Part shown: positions 1 to 12,800 of the stretch, in pieces | How the letters are laid out: every line of letters starts with the position of its first letter | How positions within the stretch are numbered: the first letter of the stretch is position 1 | Assembly: GCA_051294905.1 (NCBI GenBank) | Contig: CM119371.1 | Coordinates: 23,376,001-23,440,000, forward strand | DNA: 64,000 bases | Origin: Botryllus schlosseri | Lineage: Eukaryota | Direction: 5' to 3' | The notes under the pieces: generated by a model | The model's input: only the letters and a program-made list of their open reading frames with translations | Database searches by the model: none | What the model was told of the DNA's origin: nothing | Position numbers and translations under genes: made by a program

Positions 1-1719
1 TCTAATAAATAGAAACTTACTTCTCCTGTAGCAAAGCGGTTACTGGCTGGAATTGAACCAAATTTTGTGTGTAGGCTTAAATTAGGTTACCTAACAATTT
101 TAGCAAGTAGCCAGTACGATTTGAGAAAAAAAGTCATTTTTGAAGAGCCCTAGAAGACATATGTAGTTCCGGTCAATATGGGACTCTTTTGACTACAAAA
201 AGATATCTTCCGAATATTTCTTCATCGTATCATACAGGATGATACTGTTTAATGTTGTGACCCGCATCATCACAGCGACGTTATATAATAGCCAATGGGT
301 TGCTTTTTATGGAATGCATTCATGCTAAACTTAATAACTGGGTGCAGTGCTAAACTCAATGAGGGCAAAGATTTCTATCACTATCTCAGTTGATTTAATA
401 TAGTCCAAGAAGGCAATAAAGCAAAATCCAATACAAATAACGTCACCGTATTGCCATCTTCAATGTTCCAAGAATAAATCATGGACATATCAAGGTCGTT
501 TGATTGTCATCTGCCGACGAGGCGACGAGAAAGAGCGCTGAAGTCAATGTACTAATAATTGTCCCCAATCGCACGATTTGTAAATGCAACCCCATCTTTG
601 CTGCACTGATGACCAGATTGCGTTGCAATTACAAATCGTCATACAGTGGAGCAAGTAATCTGTGTAGGTGTAGGCGCACGGCGGTTAACTCCAGGTATGC
701 TTTGTATCTGAAGAGATTTGATTTAGCCTGGGATGATTTCCTTATGGAAAGCATTTGCGACCGCAAATTTGCAGCATTCGTAAGTCTACTGGCTATGTAT
801 TATTTATAATTAATGATGCCGTCGTATGGGACATAACAGACGTTAGCAAAGTTAGCAAAGTCATTCGCGAGCCCCGACAGCAGATCTATTTAGTGTCTCA
901 GCTAGTTCTACCGGTATTGTCGCATCCATAGCAAGTAACCTAAGTTGTACTTATGAAACTGCTCGAGAGTGGAGAAATTGAGGCGCTTCAATACTGAAAT
1001 AAACCGGCATTTTACTATACAATGCATGACTATGACTAACGTTTGCTACGAAATGTGGGAAATCGGAGAGGGTAAGGAAGGAGTGAGGTTACGTTATCGG
1101 GTTACTGTTGCATGGTCAGCACGTTTGATGTCACAACGTCCTATCGCAAGATGGACTTGGACAGAGACAAAATCCCCTTGATTGCTCCTGTCTGCGCCAA
1201 ACAGCTGTATGTATTTTTCTTCAACTCGCCCACTATACCCTGCATCGTAGCATCTCTATCCATTTTAGTACAGATACATAATTGAATGGGTTCATACACC
1301 TCATATTTCATTCGCTCATCCACGCGCACTTTTAATAAATTTCTTATGTCATAGACGAGGTAAACACCGTAGATCGGTGGCTTATAACCCTTCTTTTGCC
1401 GTGGCCCATTTTCCGGTTTAAAAGTGTTTTGCGGCCCACCTCTTATAGAGTCATAGTCCTGTTCAATGCAGAGTAATCGCCAGTGCCAATATGCCTATTT
1501 CTCTAAAACATCCGCATTATTATCTTACTTTCATTAATGTTTTGATCCAGACAGTTGAGGGCGATACAATATCTGATTGTTGAAAGAAAAATGAGGTTGG
1601 AAGAGCTAGTATTGCATGGCTGTTTCTGGACTCATTATATTCCCTGTTTCTAGAATATAGATAAGTTTAATGTGTCGATTCTACGAATCTGGAGATATCA
1701 AACGACTGGCAATATTACC

Positions 1720-2682
1720 ATGGAAATCGAATGGATTCGAAGGAAATTGACTTATTTGATCAATCACAGATTCTTGTGGATTTTGATGTTAATGATTATG
1801 GATACCGCCACAAACTTATACGCCACCGTACGCTACTGTACGAGCGCAGACCTGCTTCAAGGAAAGCTACCATGTATGTTGGCAGCGTTCGGTGTCATAG
1901 TGGGTGTCAGCGTAAATGCAGAGGTCATTATCGACATTAATATGACAAAACGAGTGGAGAAAAGCTCGAAGGAGTGGATAAATTTGGTCTATCGTCATTT
2001 GATGACGTCGATGCTTGTCCGGTCTGTTTGTGAATCAATCCCGCACTTGTGCATCAGCCTCTATCTGCTGTCGACGAAAACGCGTCAGAAAATGGGGGAT
2101 AACATATTGACATATGCATCCCTAACGCTGTCCTTCTGGTCGATAATATTTTCGTTGCATTTACCGTACGAAGAGTATCTCAAAGCAAAAAGCATTCATG
2201 CAACTACCGCAGAGAGGTACTTCGTTTTCGTAGGAAGGCTGGGAATATTCGTTACGAGAATGGCTGTGCTCATTCATCTCACAGTGGTATTGGAATTGAT
2301 AGCCGCTATATTCATTTCTGTCCAATGGCTTGTTCGCTATTTTTTACTGCAATGCTGTAGGGATGAAGGTAACGCTACTTTTTCAGACTGGTTTCAATCG
2401 AGGACCGGTGGGTGTACAGCTACGACTTACTTCATGCTTACGCCTCTTTTGCCGCACAAATGTGATATCGCAGGTGTACTACGATTATATGTCGTCTTCC
2501 TCGATCAAATGGTGGTAGTAGTGATCTCGAATGTTCTTCACAGAAGTCCGTATGCTCGACAGCAATCGCCGTGTCTCATGAGTTTTGAACACGTTAAAGC
2601 AGGCAGTATCATATCTTTAGTTCATGTGATGTTGTCTATCGCTGTCAGATACGTTTCGTCTTGGATAGATCGCATGACGTGA
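1720..2682 (+). CDS. XK-related (Xkr/CED-8-like) multi-pass membrane protein, copy 1; intronless ORF
   Basis: ORF 1672-2682, first ATG at 1720 (accATGg), which aligns with the paralog start. Several hydrophobic helices. VCESIPHLCISLYLL resembles the XK-family E-S-x-P-Q-L-x-L-Q-L-Y motif, followed by SLTLSFWSI and GRLGIFVTRMAVL (XK R..R helix). AATAAA at 2715-2720. Upstream exons cannot be excluded. Confidence 0.7.
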   Translation: MEIEWIRRKLTYLINHRFLWILMLMIMDTATNLYATVRYCTSADLLQGKLPCMLAAFGVIVGVSVNAEVIIDINMTKRVEKSSKEWINLVYRHLMTSMLVRSVCESIPHLCISLYLLSTKTRQKMGDNILTYASLTLSFWSIIFSLHLPYEEYLKAKSIHATTAERYFVFVGRLGIFVTRMAVLIHLTVVLELIAAIFISVQWLVRYFLLQCCRDEGNATFSDWFQSRTGGCTATTYFMLTPLLPHKCDIAGVLRLYVVFLDQMVVVVISNVLHRSPYARQQSPCLMSFEHVKAGSIISLVHVMLSIAVRYVSSWIDRMT

Positions 2683-3096
2683 TTGCGAATCCGCTCTCAC
2701 ATCAGCATCATCAAAATAAAAGTTGTTACCAGCTTGAGTACGTTTGGCAGATGTGGAACAAGTGCGAAATATGTTGGGGATAACCAGAAGGAATAAATGA
2801 ATATTTAGGGCAGGGGTGGCTAATTATTTTTCCGCAGACCAAATGCGAAACAGCAAATACGTTAGCGGGCTGGGTCGAAATGTTTAGCTATATTCTACCG
2901 CGTATTAATTTTATTTCTAAATTGAAAGCAGTGAATTACATTGGTACTAAATGTTGCTCAGTAGATTCGTTGATATTAGATAATGAGACAATGATGGTTA
3001 TTAAACAAAACAAAAATAAGTTATTTATCTTCTGTCGTAATTCGAAACAAGACGCGTGTTATGACTATGAACATCACTCCAGTATTGAAAATAGTT

Positions 3097-3420
3097 CTAT
3101 ATAGATACGGGGACTTGCAGCTGGTTAATTTTATACATTGCTTTGGCTAGTCCAAAAATATAAATACCGCTAATTTTAGGAATGCGCAACTTTTTGTAAT
3201 ACGGAGCAAGTGGACTATAAAGTCGTATTCGAGCCATTACTCTTGATGCTTTGTTTTGAACGACGTGCAACTGGTTCAATAGGGTTTTCGTAGAAGATCC
3301 CTAAACTATAATACCATAATGTAGGTGTGAATGTATGGTAGAGAAGTAAACAATGCGGAGAAATAGGTTTGGAGCTATCCGGTGAAGCTTCCATAATACA
3401 CCAATATTACGTTTTGCGCA
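3097..3420 (-). mobile_element. Non-LTR retrotransposon (L2/CR1-group) ORF2 C-terminal fragment, degenerate
   Basis: Minus frame reads RNIGVLWKLHRIAPNLFLRIVYFSTIHSHLHYGIIV*GSSTKTLLNQLHVVQNKASRVM..., the typical post-RT Y..L.H..L.YG..VWG.....L..LQ.KA.R segment, with TGG>TAG. Confidence 0.8.
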
Positions 3421-3480
3421 TAAATTCGTGCCCTATTGGACCTAGATCTATATGAATTCCAATGTACAGACCGTATAATG

Positions 3481-3828
3481 CAGTGGTTCCCAACCTTTTT
3501 CGCCCCATCGCCCCCTTTTCAAGGTCAACACGGATCATCGCCCCCCAAATTTTGTGTACCGAAAATTGGGCATACAAACTGTAATCACCGGCGGGTTGAC
3601 TAAATGTCTAAATGTCTAGTTTGACACACTTTTGTAACTAAATTTCCGTGGGTTGACTGAAAAAAAAGAAAAATAAGGTCAGCCGTTTTGGCGCGTCATC
3701 GCCCCCCTATCGCCCCATATGCTATTTTCGCCCCCTTTGTCCTTTTACGCCCCCCTGTCGCCCCCTTCGTCATTTTCGCCCCCCTAGACCGCGAAATCGC
3801 GCGATATCGCCCACGTTGGGAACCACTG
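3481..3828. mobile_element. hAT-type MITE
   Basis: TIRs CAGTGGTTCCCAAC / GTTGGGAACCACTG; 8 bp TSD GTATAATG / GTATTATG (7/8); many internal CGCCCC subterminal repeats. Confidence 0.85.
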
Positions 3829-6401
3829 GTATTATGCATAATGTGACAATGGCAACAACAAAGGTTTGAGCAAAACTATATGGAAAGCGTGACTTTGCTA
3901 CGTTGGCTTTATTTTGAATGTGGATTATGCATGCGACGTACGTAGATTGCGTAATGGCGTGATTTTCGCTGCCAGCAATCCTATATTTAGGATTTTACAC
4001 AATCCCAAAAAGTGCCAGTGATCCTATATTCATAATATTTTTTCAAATGGGCACAGTAAAGCCCGGAATTGGTTTCAACTCCGGATCACGGCTGTAACCG
4101 AGGCTACTCAATAAACTTGTTGTCATGAACAAGCATTTTCGTTGCCAGAAGTATTTTTTAAAATTACATCTATATACAATTGGACAACCTTGTTTTGGTT
4201 TGACAACTAGGTGGCTTTTCATAAAATGAGCAGCAAAAAAATTGCAATATTTTTATAATTCCTTGATAATGAAAAAAAAAATTTGTCATTAGATGCACAA
4301 AATTACTAGTTATCAGCATGACCAATCCCTTCCAGATTTGCAACTAGTCATTCTCAACTAGTCAAATTCATTGTTTACTGGCATTTGCTGGTAATTCCTA
4401 TAATAGGCCTTGGCAGCCAAAGTGTTAATGAACACTAAACAGGCTTCAGACTACCAGTTGAACGCAATGCAGTTCTGTGAAATGTGTGTGTGACGCACCC
4501 AATTTTAAATCGCGTGCATTATTTTCACAGGATCACATTTGAAGTGCGGAGCTAAGATTACAAGGACGAGACTATTCGGTGCTGACCATTTCGAAGCTGG
4601 ACAATGTCCAGTGGACATATACTATTGAAGGTTTTGGCCAACCAGCAACGATCATTTCGGGCCAAGGTTTTATCGCATTATTACAGCGTGTTTCGCATTG
4701 CATTTTGACCGCATGTGCATGTAGGCGAAAACTTCATGTCCTCATGTGTCGGCACGGGCGCAAAGAGCAACCTCAAAATACCACTGCACACCCCAAGTTT
4801 TAAGCAGCATAACAGCGTCCGGTGTCATTAAGCAATACTAGCAATATTCTGCTCTACCGTAATTGAGAATTAAGTTGGTTCTGTTAATTATGCATATACA
4901 AAAAACAATATCGGGTGCGGAAATTACGGCCGCGCTCTTTCCTTCCATCTACCATGCCCGAGTATTACACGCGCCTTTCCAGTAAAATCAATGTCAGACA
5001 AATCTTATCATGACTTTAAACCAATTTGTGTGATACAAAGATCGGCACATTTTCATGATCACTACTTTTCTGCGTGTCTCGCTTATCGGCTGGAGTACTC
5101 AACACAGCGACCTTGCATATCTATAAACCAATCACAGGAAATTGCGCCAAGCTCGTAAAAATTTTGTTGTGTCAAGAAATGTTTGGTTCGCAACTCGCGA
5201 CCAATACTTTAAGAATCCACGTAGTAAAGCAATTAATATACTCTGTACCTATATCAATACAACTTGAAAATATAATAAAGTTGCAATACGTGGATTCTGT
5301 TCGCCCCGACTCGGTGATGTCATTGTAAGGCACCGACTTGATGTCAATGCAGTTTATAGCCAGCAGTTCCAATTGCAATATTCCCTACCTCATGTTTCAA
5401 GTCAAGCAAATTGTCAACGACAAATCGATAAGCATTTCCGATCTTCACTCAATTTGAAGTCACCTATTATTATTCATATTTCGTCTTGCGTGATGCTAAA
5501 TGTGGATGCAGATGTACATGCATATCGGAAAAAGCTTGACAAACTCGTGAAACTTGCTACATAGTTCATGCTTTATATACTATTGGTGCGATTTTTAAAG
5601 CAACCACATAGGACTTAACTACTACATGATACTAGCTTTATTATACTTTTTCATAACTTCAATGTGTACATCCAATATCGCTAGTTCTACTATATAGTAT
5701 AAGAGTATAAATTGGGTCGAAGTCTACTGGACTACCAACACTGACTATCTTGACCACGTCAGTACCTGACAGACGCAACTGAACGTGAAAGCTGGACTCG
5801 ATATAGCTGAACTCATATTATGCGCACAGCTGCCATAGACGACTGTGTCGAAAAAAATTATATCAGAAATAATTGTATTCAGATGTAAAATGCTATGGCA
5901 ATGACATGTCAAGTATTATAAATACCGCACTATATGTATTCTATCAACAAAATGGATATCATGGGATCAGCAAAATTAGTATGGCGGAGACAAAGGATTT
6001 TCGATAGCTTATGTAAATGAGAGTAAAGGTATGGTATCACAGTAACTACAAAACGAGGAAAAATATTAAATTAACAAATCCGGCAGTTATATATGACTGT
6101 AAAATACTCAGTCACCATTGCGAACTATGGGCAATGTAACCGGAACATGATACGATCGGTTACAACATCCAGCCGGAGTATCGGGTCAGCAACGGAAAAT
6201 ACTTCCATATAGAATGAAGAATGGATTGGAAATTCGAAACTCATGCTTTGCGTGTGCGGTTGGATGCGGATCACACAATATTGGAACCAACTTGAATAAC
6301 CAATTGGATAGTCGTAACTAAAATCTATTCCGTTCAACTATGATATTACAATAAAATGGAAATTTAGATTCTTAACAAGTTGAGTTGTTTTCATGTTCAA
6401 A

Positions 6402-7502
6402 TTAAACACAGGCTTTTTCCGATTTTAACACATATTTTATGCGTTCGATCGTAGCACTCTCTAGATCGCCAAGTTCAAAAGACAAAACACCACCAGAAAA
6501 CGTGTTATTGGTGCATTTTGTGACAATATTAGATATCGTCAACAGCGTATTGAGGCTGCTGACCCGAGACAACCGTTCTTGCAACCATCGCAATTGCAAA
6601 TACGAGTCCTGCGAAACATGTGGCAGCGCTGACGCCGGCAGGACATCGATTTCCACCGATGCACAATCTTCATCGTCCGGGTTCGGCGGTGATCTGCGTA
6701 TCTTGGAGTCTGAATCGCGGTCATCCTTCTTATGATCAGTCATCATTACATTTTCCGTCTTGGACTTCCTCTGTATTCCTAATTTCGATCTCTGCATAAC
6801 GGACTTATGCAATTTTACTGTTAAGCGGGGAAACTCATCTGTTGCGGGTGTATGTTGCGTTACAAACAATCGTGAGCCCGAATCGAATTTCGCCTTCTTT
6901 TCATTCCAGCTTGTCGTACTTGTGGACCCTGATTTTCGTGTTCCATGGACACGTTTTTCGAAACCGTGGTGGGCAGACTTGACCAATCTTCTCGTGTTGA
7001 CTGGGTCTGCGTCCTTGTCGGCTACGGACTTCACAGCAGTATCGCGATACGGCGAAAATATCCTCCTCTTGGGTTGATCACCAATGCATTGTAATACGGA
7101 ATTATGCGGTGGTCCAGTTGTCAACATTTGCAAACTCGATTCGGTGCAATTTTTTAGGTTACGGTCTTTCTTTGCAGACGTTGCAGGCTGTGCCTTCTCT
7201 TTATTATTGTCTCGGGTGTATTTTCCAAAGTCTACTCTTTTGCGTTCCGACATTATCCTATCAGAGACGCTAGACTCCCCCGTTTTTCTCTTCTTAACCT
7301 TCGGTGCCGCTGCGGTTTTAGTAAGCCAATTTAGCATATTTACTCGAAGTGGCGATAACTTCCTTTTCCTTGTCCCATTCGATTTCGCGTTTTCTTCTGT
7401 CCACTTACGAAGGTCTGGCTTTATCACTTCGTGTATAGGCCCTTTAGGCTTGTGGGCGATAGGAACTCTCGGCCGATGAGCAGCTACTACGATACCTTCC
7501 AT
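6402..7502 (-). CDS. Basic low-complexity protein with C-terminal AF9/ENL-type AHD (ANC1 homology / ET-like) domain; no YEATS domain seen
   Basis: 380 aa open frame (6402-7544), first ATG at 7502. C-terminus YLQLRWLQERLSRVSSLNTLLTISNIVTKCTNNTFSGGVLSFELGDLESATIERIKYVL follows the AF9 AHD pattern (L..L..RL.....L..I..I........F.F.L..L...T...L). NLS-like RKRK and KVKKRK. An upstream in-frame ATG (7604) is cut off by TAG at 7545-7547. Confidence 0.65.
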   Translation of the reverse strand: MEGIVVAAHRPRVPIAHKPKGPIHEVIKPDLRKWTEENAKSNGTRKRKLSPLRVNMLNWLTKTAAAPKVKKRKTGESSVSDRIMSERKRVDFGKYTRDNNKEKAQPATSAKKDRNLKNCTESSLQMLTTGPPHNSVLQCIGDQPKRRIFSPYRDTAVKSVADKDADPVNTRRLVKSAHHGFEKRVHGTRKSGSTSTTSWNEKKAKFDSGSRLFVTQHTPATDEFPRLTVKLHKSVMQRSKLGIQRKSKTENVMMTDHKKDDRDSDSKIRRSPPNPDDEDCASVEIDVLPASALPHVSQDSYLQLRWLQERLSRVSSLNTLLTISNIVTKCTNNTFSGGVLSFELGDLESATIERIKYVLKSEKACV

Positions 7503-10500
7503 TTTAAATCCTGTGCGTGCGTTTTGATACTTCCAGCTCGACAACTATTTGGTAAATGCGAGCAAATCGCCATCATCACAAGGCAGTAATTCCTCCATTG
7601 TCATCGGATTTTTTTACTTTCTGTTTGACTTGAAATTCACTCTCATATAGCGCTCATTGAGATATTGCTAATTGGATATTCAATTTTAAATATGATCTTA
7701 GCTGATAAGATCGGAATGGAATCAATTGTTATATGTCCAGTCTGTGGTACGTATAAGCTATAAAGAGATTTTTTCTAACAGACATTAGCTGACAAGGTCG
7801 GGATATATCCAATTGTTGTCTGGCCAGTCCAGTTATAACGAGAGGATTATGAGTAATTGGGTGTACTGTTATCGCCATAATTTAACGTTCGCGGTTTATG
7901 AAGAAGATAGGCTTGAAAAATTCAATTACATCTTTATCAGATAGATCATGGCCGAGTAATTGACGGAACACTTTCAATGGAATTAAAAATGCTAAAGGAG
8001 TAACTAAACCAGAAGACACCAAAGCGGTACCCGTGGACGAGAATCAAAGGAATCGCCCGCGATCGCAATAACAAATGTTCAAATGAAATGTTTGAAAGTC
8101 GAAGCGGAGACGGTTTTCGTATGAACAACAGTTGAACATGGTTCAGTCGACCCTAAGAAACGTATTAACACAGTTTTTCATCGGGGCTTTGCTCGTCTTC
8201 ACCTACGCGGAAGCTTAACGGGAGTATAGTATCCCTTGTCTCGACGCCGAGATTGGCGCTTAGGCGTGCAGCTCGGCATAGCAACTTAACCGGCAGACCG
8301 GGTATGAGTCCCGTCGACTGTGAGTTATCTGTTCTTGGTAAGTGGCCGAAACCCTGTTCAATGCTCTGAATGTCCAAGTCTGTGGTTCCTACCAATTCTC
8401 GAGTCATCGCCTCTCATCATGCTCGATACAAATTTTCACCGGCCCTCTATATTTACGGATCCCAAAAGAAGACATGCAAACGGATTGACTAAAAAAGGGT
8501 CATCTTTTCGACACGATGCTCGGAAAATCGACTTCAGGGACTTTATTTCTAGGGATGGTCGGAACCCCTGAAAGGTTGCGGTTCGTGTTAACGCGAACCT
8601 CTTTGAAAGGTTCTCTGTGAACGCGAAAGTGAACACGTATCCATGACGTCACGTGACGTCATATTGCTATATCCAGCCCTACATTTCGGTATTATTTTAA
8701 ATGTTATTACTAAGTGCACGATTCCTAGTGACGACTAAGGCTACGTTATGCAACAATGCTGAAGCGCATACAGACGGTTCCAACGGCTCCAAATTAATAA
8801 ATCGAACAATGAAATGCTATAATAATTCTATAAAATCAAATCTTCCGTCGTCTTGCAAGAAATTTAGACGAGGACTTGCAAGGGGATTATAAGCTTGCGC
8901 CTTAACCGCAAGCGCTGGACCGGTAAATGTTTAAGGCGTATAGTCAGACTATTGCGACATTGATCCTGATCATGGTGGAAAAACGGTTTCTATACTTGCG
9001 ACAGATATTACCCCAAAAGCAAGTTATACAGTAGCCATCACCCCAACCGGACGGATTCGGTATTTTATGATTCAATAAACATATCAAATCAAGATAGATC
9101 CCGTACGCCTGAGTGATGTATTTTATTAGACAACGATTAATTCTTTATATCAATTTCGTTGATGTAAATAATTGATTGGTTGATTCGGTGACTACCTACA
9201 TGTAGTGTATTTCATTATTGCCATTGTCTGATTGTGGGCAACGCTCACATCAGAGAGTCACTATGACTAATGATAAACGTAAAACTGATTATTTCGAGCA
9301 ATCCTTCGTGCCAATAATTTTCAAAGTTGGCATTGTGCATGCTCGTTTAGTGCAATGAGTTTCAAGGAGTTTCAACCACAGATGATATATTGACAGGAAA
9401 TATTGTAATACATGGGAAAGGTTCTCAATGCATAACCTACGAAGGTTCGTTTGTGAACGTGAACCTCTAAATATATGAAGATCACAGAACGAATGCGAAC
9501 GTGAACCTTCTTCCGTTCACACCATCCCAATGATATATATACAATGATTGGAAACTACCGTGAGCTCTGCGTTTCAGCGTATTCCTGGTCACGCTTCACC
9601 GCATACACAGTTGTGCTGTAAACAAAGGCTTCCTCAGCACTACTTCTTTGAGGAACTAGCAATAATATATAATTTATTGGGTATATTTATCGGTGGCAAT
9701 TAGCGTTAACGTGTTGAATAGTTTTCGAAGCGCATTTCTTTCTCGCGTCTGGGATTTTTTTTCTGATTATGCTAGCGGACCACTGCCATATAAACGTGGA
9801 TTCACGCACACGTACTCCGTACAGTCGTACACCCATGCTCACAAGTTAAATTTCGCGCGTCATGCTCGTATCGCAAATCCAATTCACACATTGACGACTC
9901 GCGATTATACGCAATCCCCGTGATGTAGCTTTGTGGCGACCAACGAGGCCTATGTTCACACAGTCACGGACGTTCAACCACTGTTGCAAGTGACGCAACC
10001 TTCATTACAACTTGAGGTATCGTTTTTCCATCCTATTGCTACATCAATAACATCATTATAAATAAATATCAAGCGGAGGTAGTTTTTAGAGAAGTAATTC
10101 TAGTTATTCTGAGCACTCGAGTAGGTTTGCCTACTTCCTCGCGTAATTGTGTTTTCATACTACTCACCAACAAAAAACATCACAACTTTATTTTTGCAGA
10201 TATCCCTGGGTTGTGAATGTGTTTGAAAATAGGACCCACATATTCAAATGGTCATTTTGCGATTTCAGAAGTGAATATTTCCAACGGACTGCGAGCAAAC
10301 AACCAAATCTACTTTTATAACTTTGTAAAAATACTCTACAGCTTTATATTTTCGCTACTTCTATTTGATTTTCGCTATTTCTATTTGAACCTGAGTAAAT
10401 CATTGTAGCAATACTTTCACTACTTCAGTAGCAACGCTGCATACATCAACCACCTCTGAAAAAAGTCACCTATCCATGATCATTCCACAAAGTCCTGATT

Positions 10501-11125
10501 CCTTACAATACAGAATTGAATTTTCATGATCCCATCATGTTATGTAAAGAAATGAGGAATGATGAAACAAGATACATACACTTCACAGATTAAACATTTA
10601 CGAATACAGAATTTAATCCTCAAATCCCTAATTCGTGTCTATATAGACGAAATAATGATGCATGCATTTGAAAAAAAAAGTAACATTAATATGCAACTGT
10701 ACAAAAATAGATCGATGCAGAAACAACAATGTGAACAACAAAAACAGTTTGTACGTGATTCTTTAAGCAATAACAGTGCTAGATATCATTTTTTTTCATC
10801 TTCAACTTGGGAAAAATATTTGGATGATGTCCTTAAAAAACGCAGCGGTACACCCGCTTTCCATGGATCAAAAACGGCCAATTACGACCCGAATGATGCC
10901 GTATCTACTCTTGATGAAATCTGCCTTGTTTAGATGTTTGTTCATTTTTGCTTGCTCTTGCCCGAATCAGTGGTAGGATGGGGAACATCCTTTTTCTGTA
11001 ATTTTATATGATATCAAAGTGTCACCAAATTCATTAACATCTGCAGTGCAGAATAAGGATTTTGGCCATTTGACCGTTATTAAATGCATTCATGGTTATC
11101 GAGACTCAAGAATTTTTTGGTTTTC

Positions 11126-12500
11126 TCAGTTGCTCTTCCTCCAGCACAAGAAATCTATCCATTTTCGCATTTGAGGCAAGAAATCATTTTCCAGCCAGTC
11201 CAATCGTGAATCGTCTGGGCTGCAATATGGCTTCAAGTCGGCGTTGTAGCTGAAGTTGGTTGATGTATTCATAATGTCTAACCACTTGTTGAAAATACCG
11301 GCAAACCATGCAGAAGCTTCCATATCGTCACCTCTCATCGCTCGCATAATACGCGCAACACTATTAGACCAAAGCTGAGCAGCAAAAATCACCCGCATCT
11401 TTGCAAAGCTTTGCATACGAAAATCTGCATCCGTCAATTTGCAGCATCTCAATTCCGTCGTTTCAAACAGTTTGACAACAGCCGTAAAATGCCGCCATCG
11501 AATAAATTTACCATCCTTGATGAGAAGTTTCGTACCACCAGTGCGGATGGCGTAGATGTCGTTGCGTACGGTTTTTAACAAATGGGGAGGGTCGAAAATC
11601 AAAAATATCTCATGCTGAGGGTTGAATATATTTTTGCATTTGTAAGGATAGTATAAGTTCAAGTTATTCAGCTCTTGGAACATCTTGCGATTTGCACTGA
11701 GTCCATCAGCAACAAACGCAGCTACCCGAAATTCACAGTCCTCCAAGATGCCGACTCATTCCCAGAATAAACTTGAAAGTTGAAATGAAGCCAGCGACTT
11801 TTTGCGTAGTATGCCAAGGGTTTGGAAAAATACGTTACCAGGCCCCTGGCATAAACTTGAAGAGCATGTGAAGCTGGTCACCACCATATACAGGTCTCGA
11901 CTCCCCAAGATCAACAAATCCTACAATTATGTCTTTCGTTGTACTGAATAAAAAATTCTCTTTCACTGAAAATGCAAAAAATCAGAAGTAGTTCGACACA
12001 TTGAACAGCATTGCTGAAATATTTGCAATGAAGTTTTCGACAAAGCTATAAAGTCATGAGAACACAATCTAGCCAATTTACAGGCAAATTTAAGGTTGGA
12101 ATTGCTCCAATTTTCAAATTGATCGATTTGTGTCCTGTCCGCAAAAGCAAATGCATTAGACATTAAAACGAAATTCGTTTTGTCTGTTTTACCAGTCAAC
12201 TACCATGGGAATCAAAATATATAGTCAAGGTAGCCTACCACTCTGTAGTGTTTAGTTAGGCAATGATGACGCGTACAGTATAGAATCATTTCCTCACCTT
12301 TCAACATATCAGATGACGTGAATGAAGTTCGCAAATCTTTAAATCGTCTTTTTTGTACAATTGATCCAGCCACGGATCTTGACGCATGCTCCTTATAAAT
12401 TTCTCAAGGTTTTCCGCCCATTCATATTTTGCGCCAGTGCAAAAACGTTTTGCTGGAACTTTGAACAAATGTGCAATGACTGAGGTATTCATCTATCAAC
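11126..12500 (-). pseudogene. P-element/THAP9-like transposase, frameshifted, intron-containing
   Basis: Motifs ADGLSANRKM, FDPPHLLKTVRN, KMRVIFAAQLWSNSVA, FNKWLDIMN. A THAP-like exon (F.VP...W....ICELH) at ~12299-12500 is bounded by a minus-strand acceptor (ttctcactag) and donor (gtgagg). Frameshifts occur near 11750-11960. Confidence 0.88.
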
Positions 12501-12800
12501 CTAGTGAGAATAAAAGAGTTATAAATATTATTGTAGCCTTCAATAAAATTGCTTTCTATTAAATGGGTCTCATCGAATTTTCAGGTTGGCCACCCACCAG
12601 CAATAAGATTACTCACACAAGCATCTTATTCAGTTTCACTTTCAAGATACCAGATGGCGTATTTGATGCTTACAAATGTTCGAATCTCAATCTGTCTTAA
12701 TTTTCCAAGCTTTTTTACGCTCATACACAGATGCAAAAACCTAAGCAGTTATAGTCACTACCTGAATGTTGCGCATTGGCGAAAGTTTGATTAGTTAGAC

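Noticed and set aside
6439..7479. Plus-strand ORFs opposite the AHD gene
   Set aside because: Antisense shadows of the real minus-strand frame.
10559..10933. 124 aa plus-strand ORF as a passenger gene of the P element
   Set aside because: No recognisable motif; lies antisense in the decayed 3' part of the transposase region.
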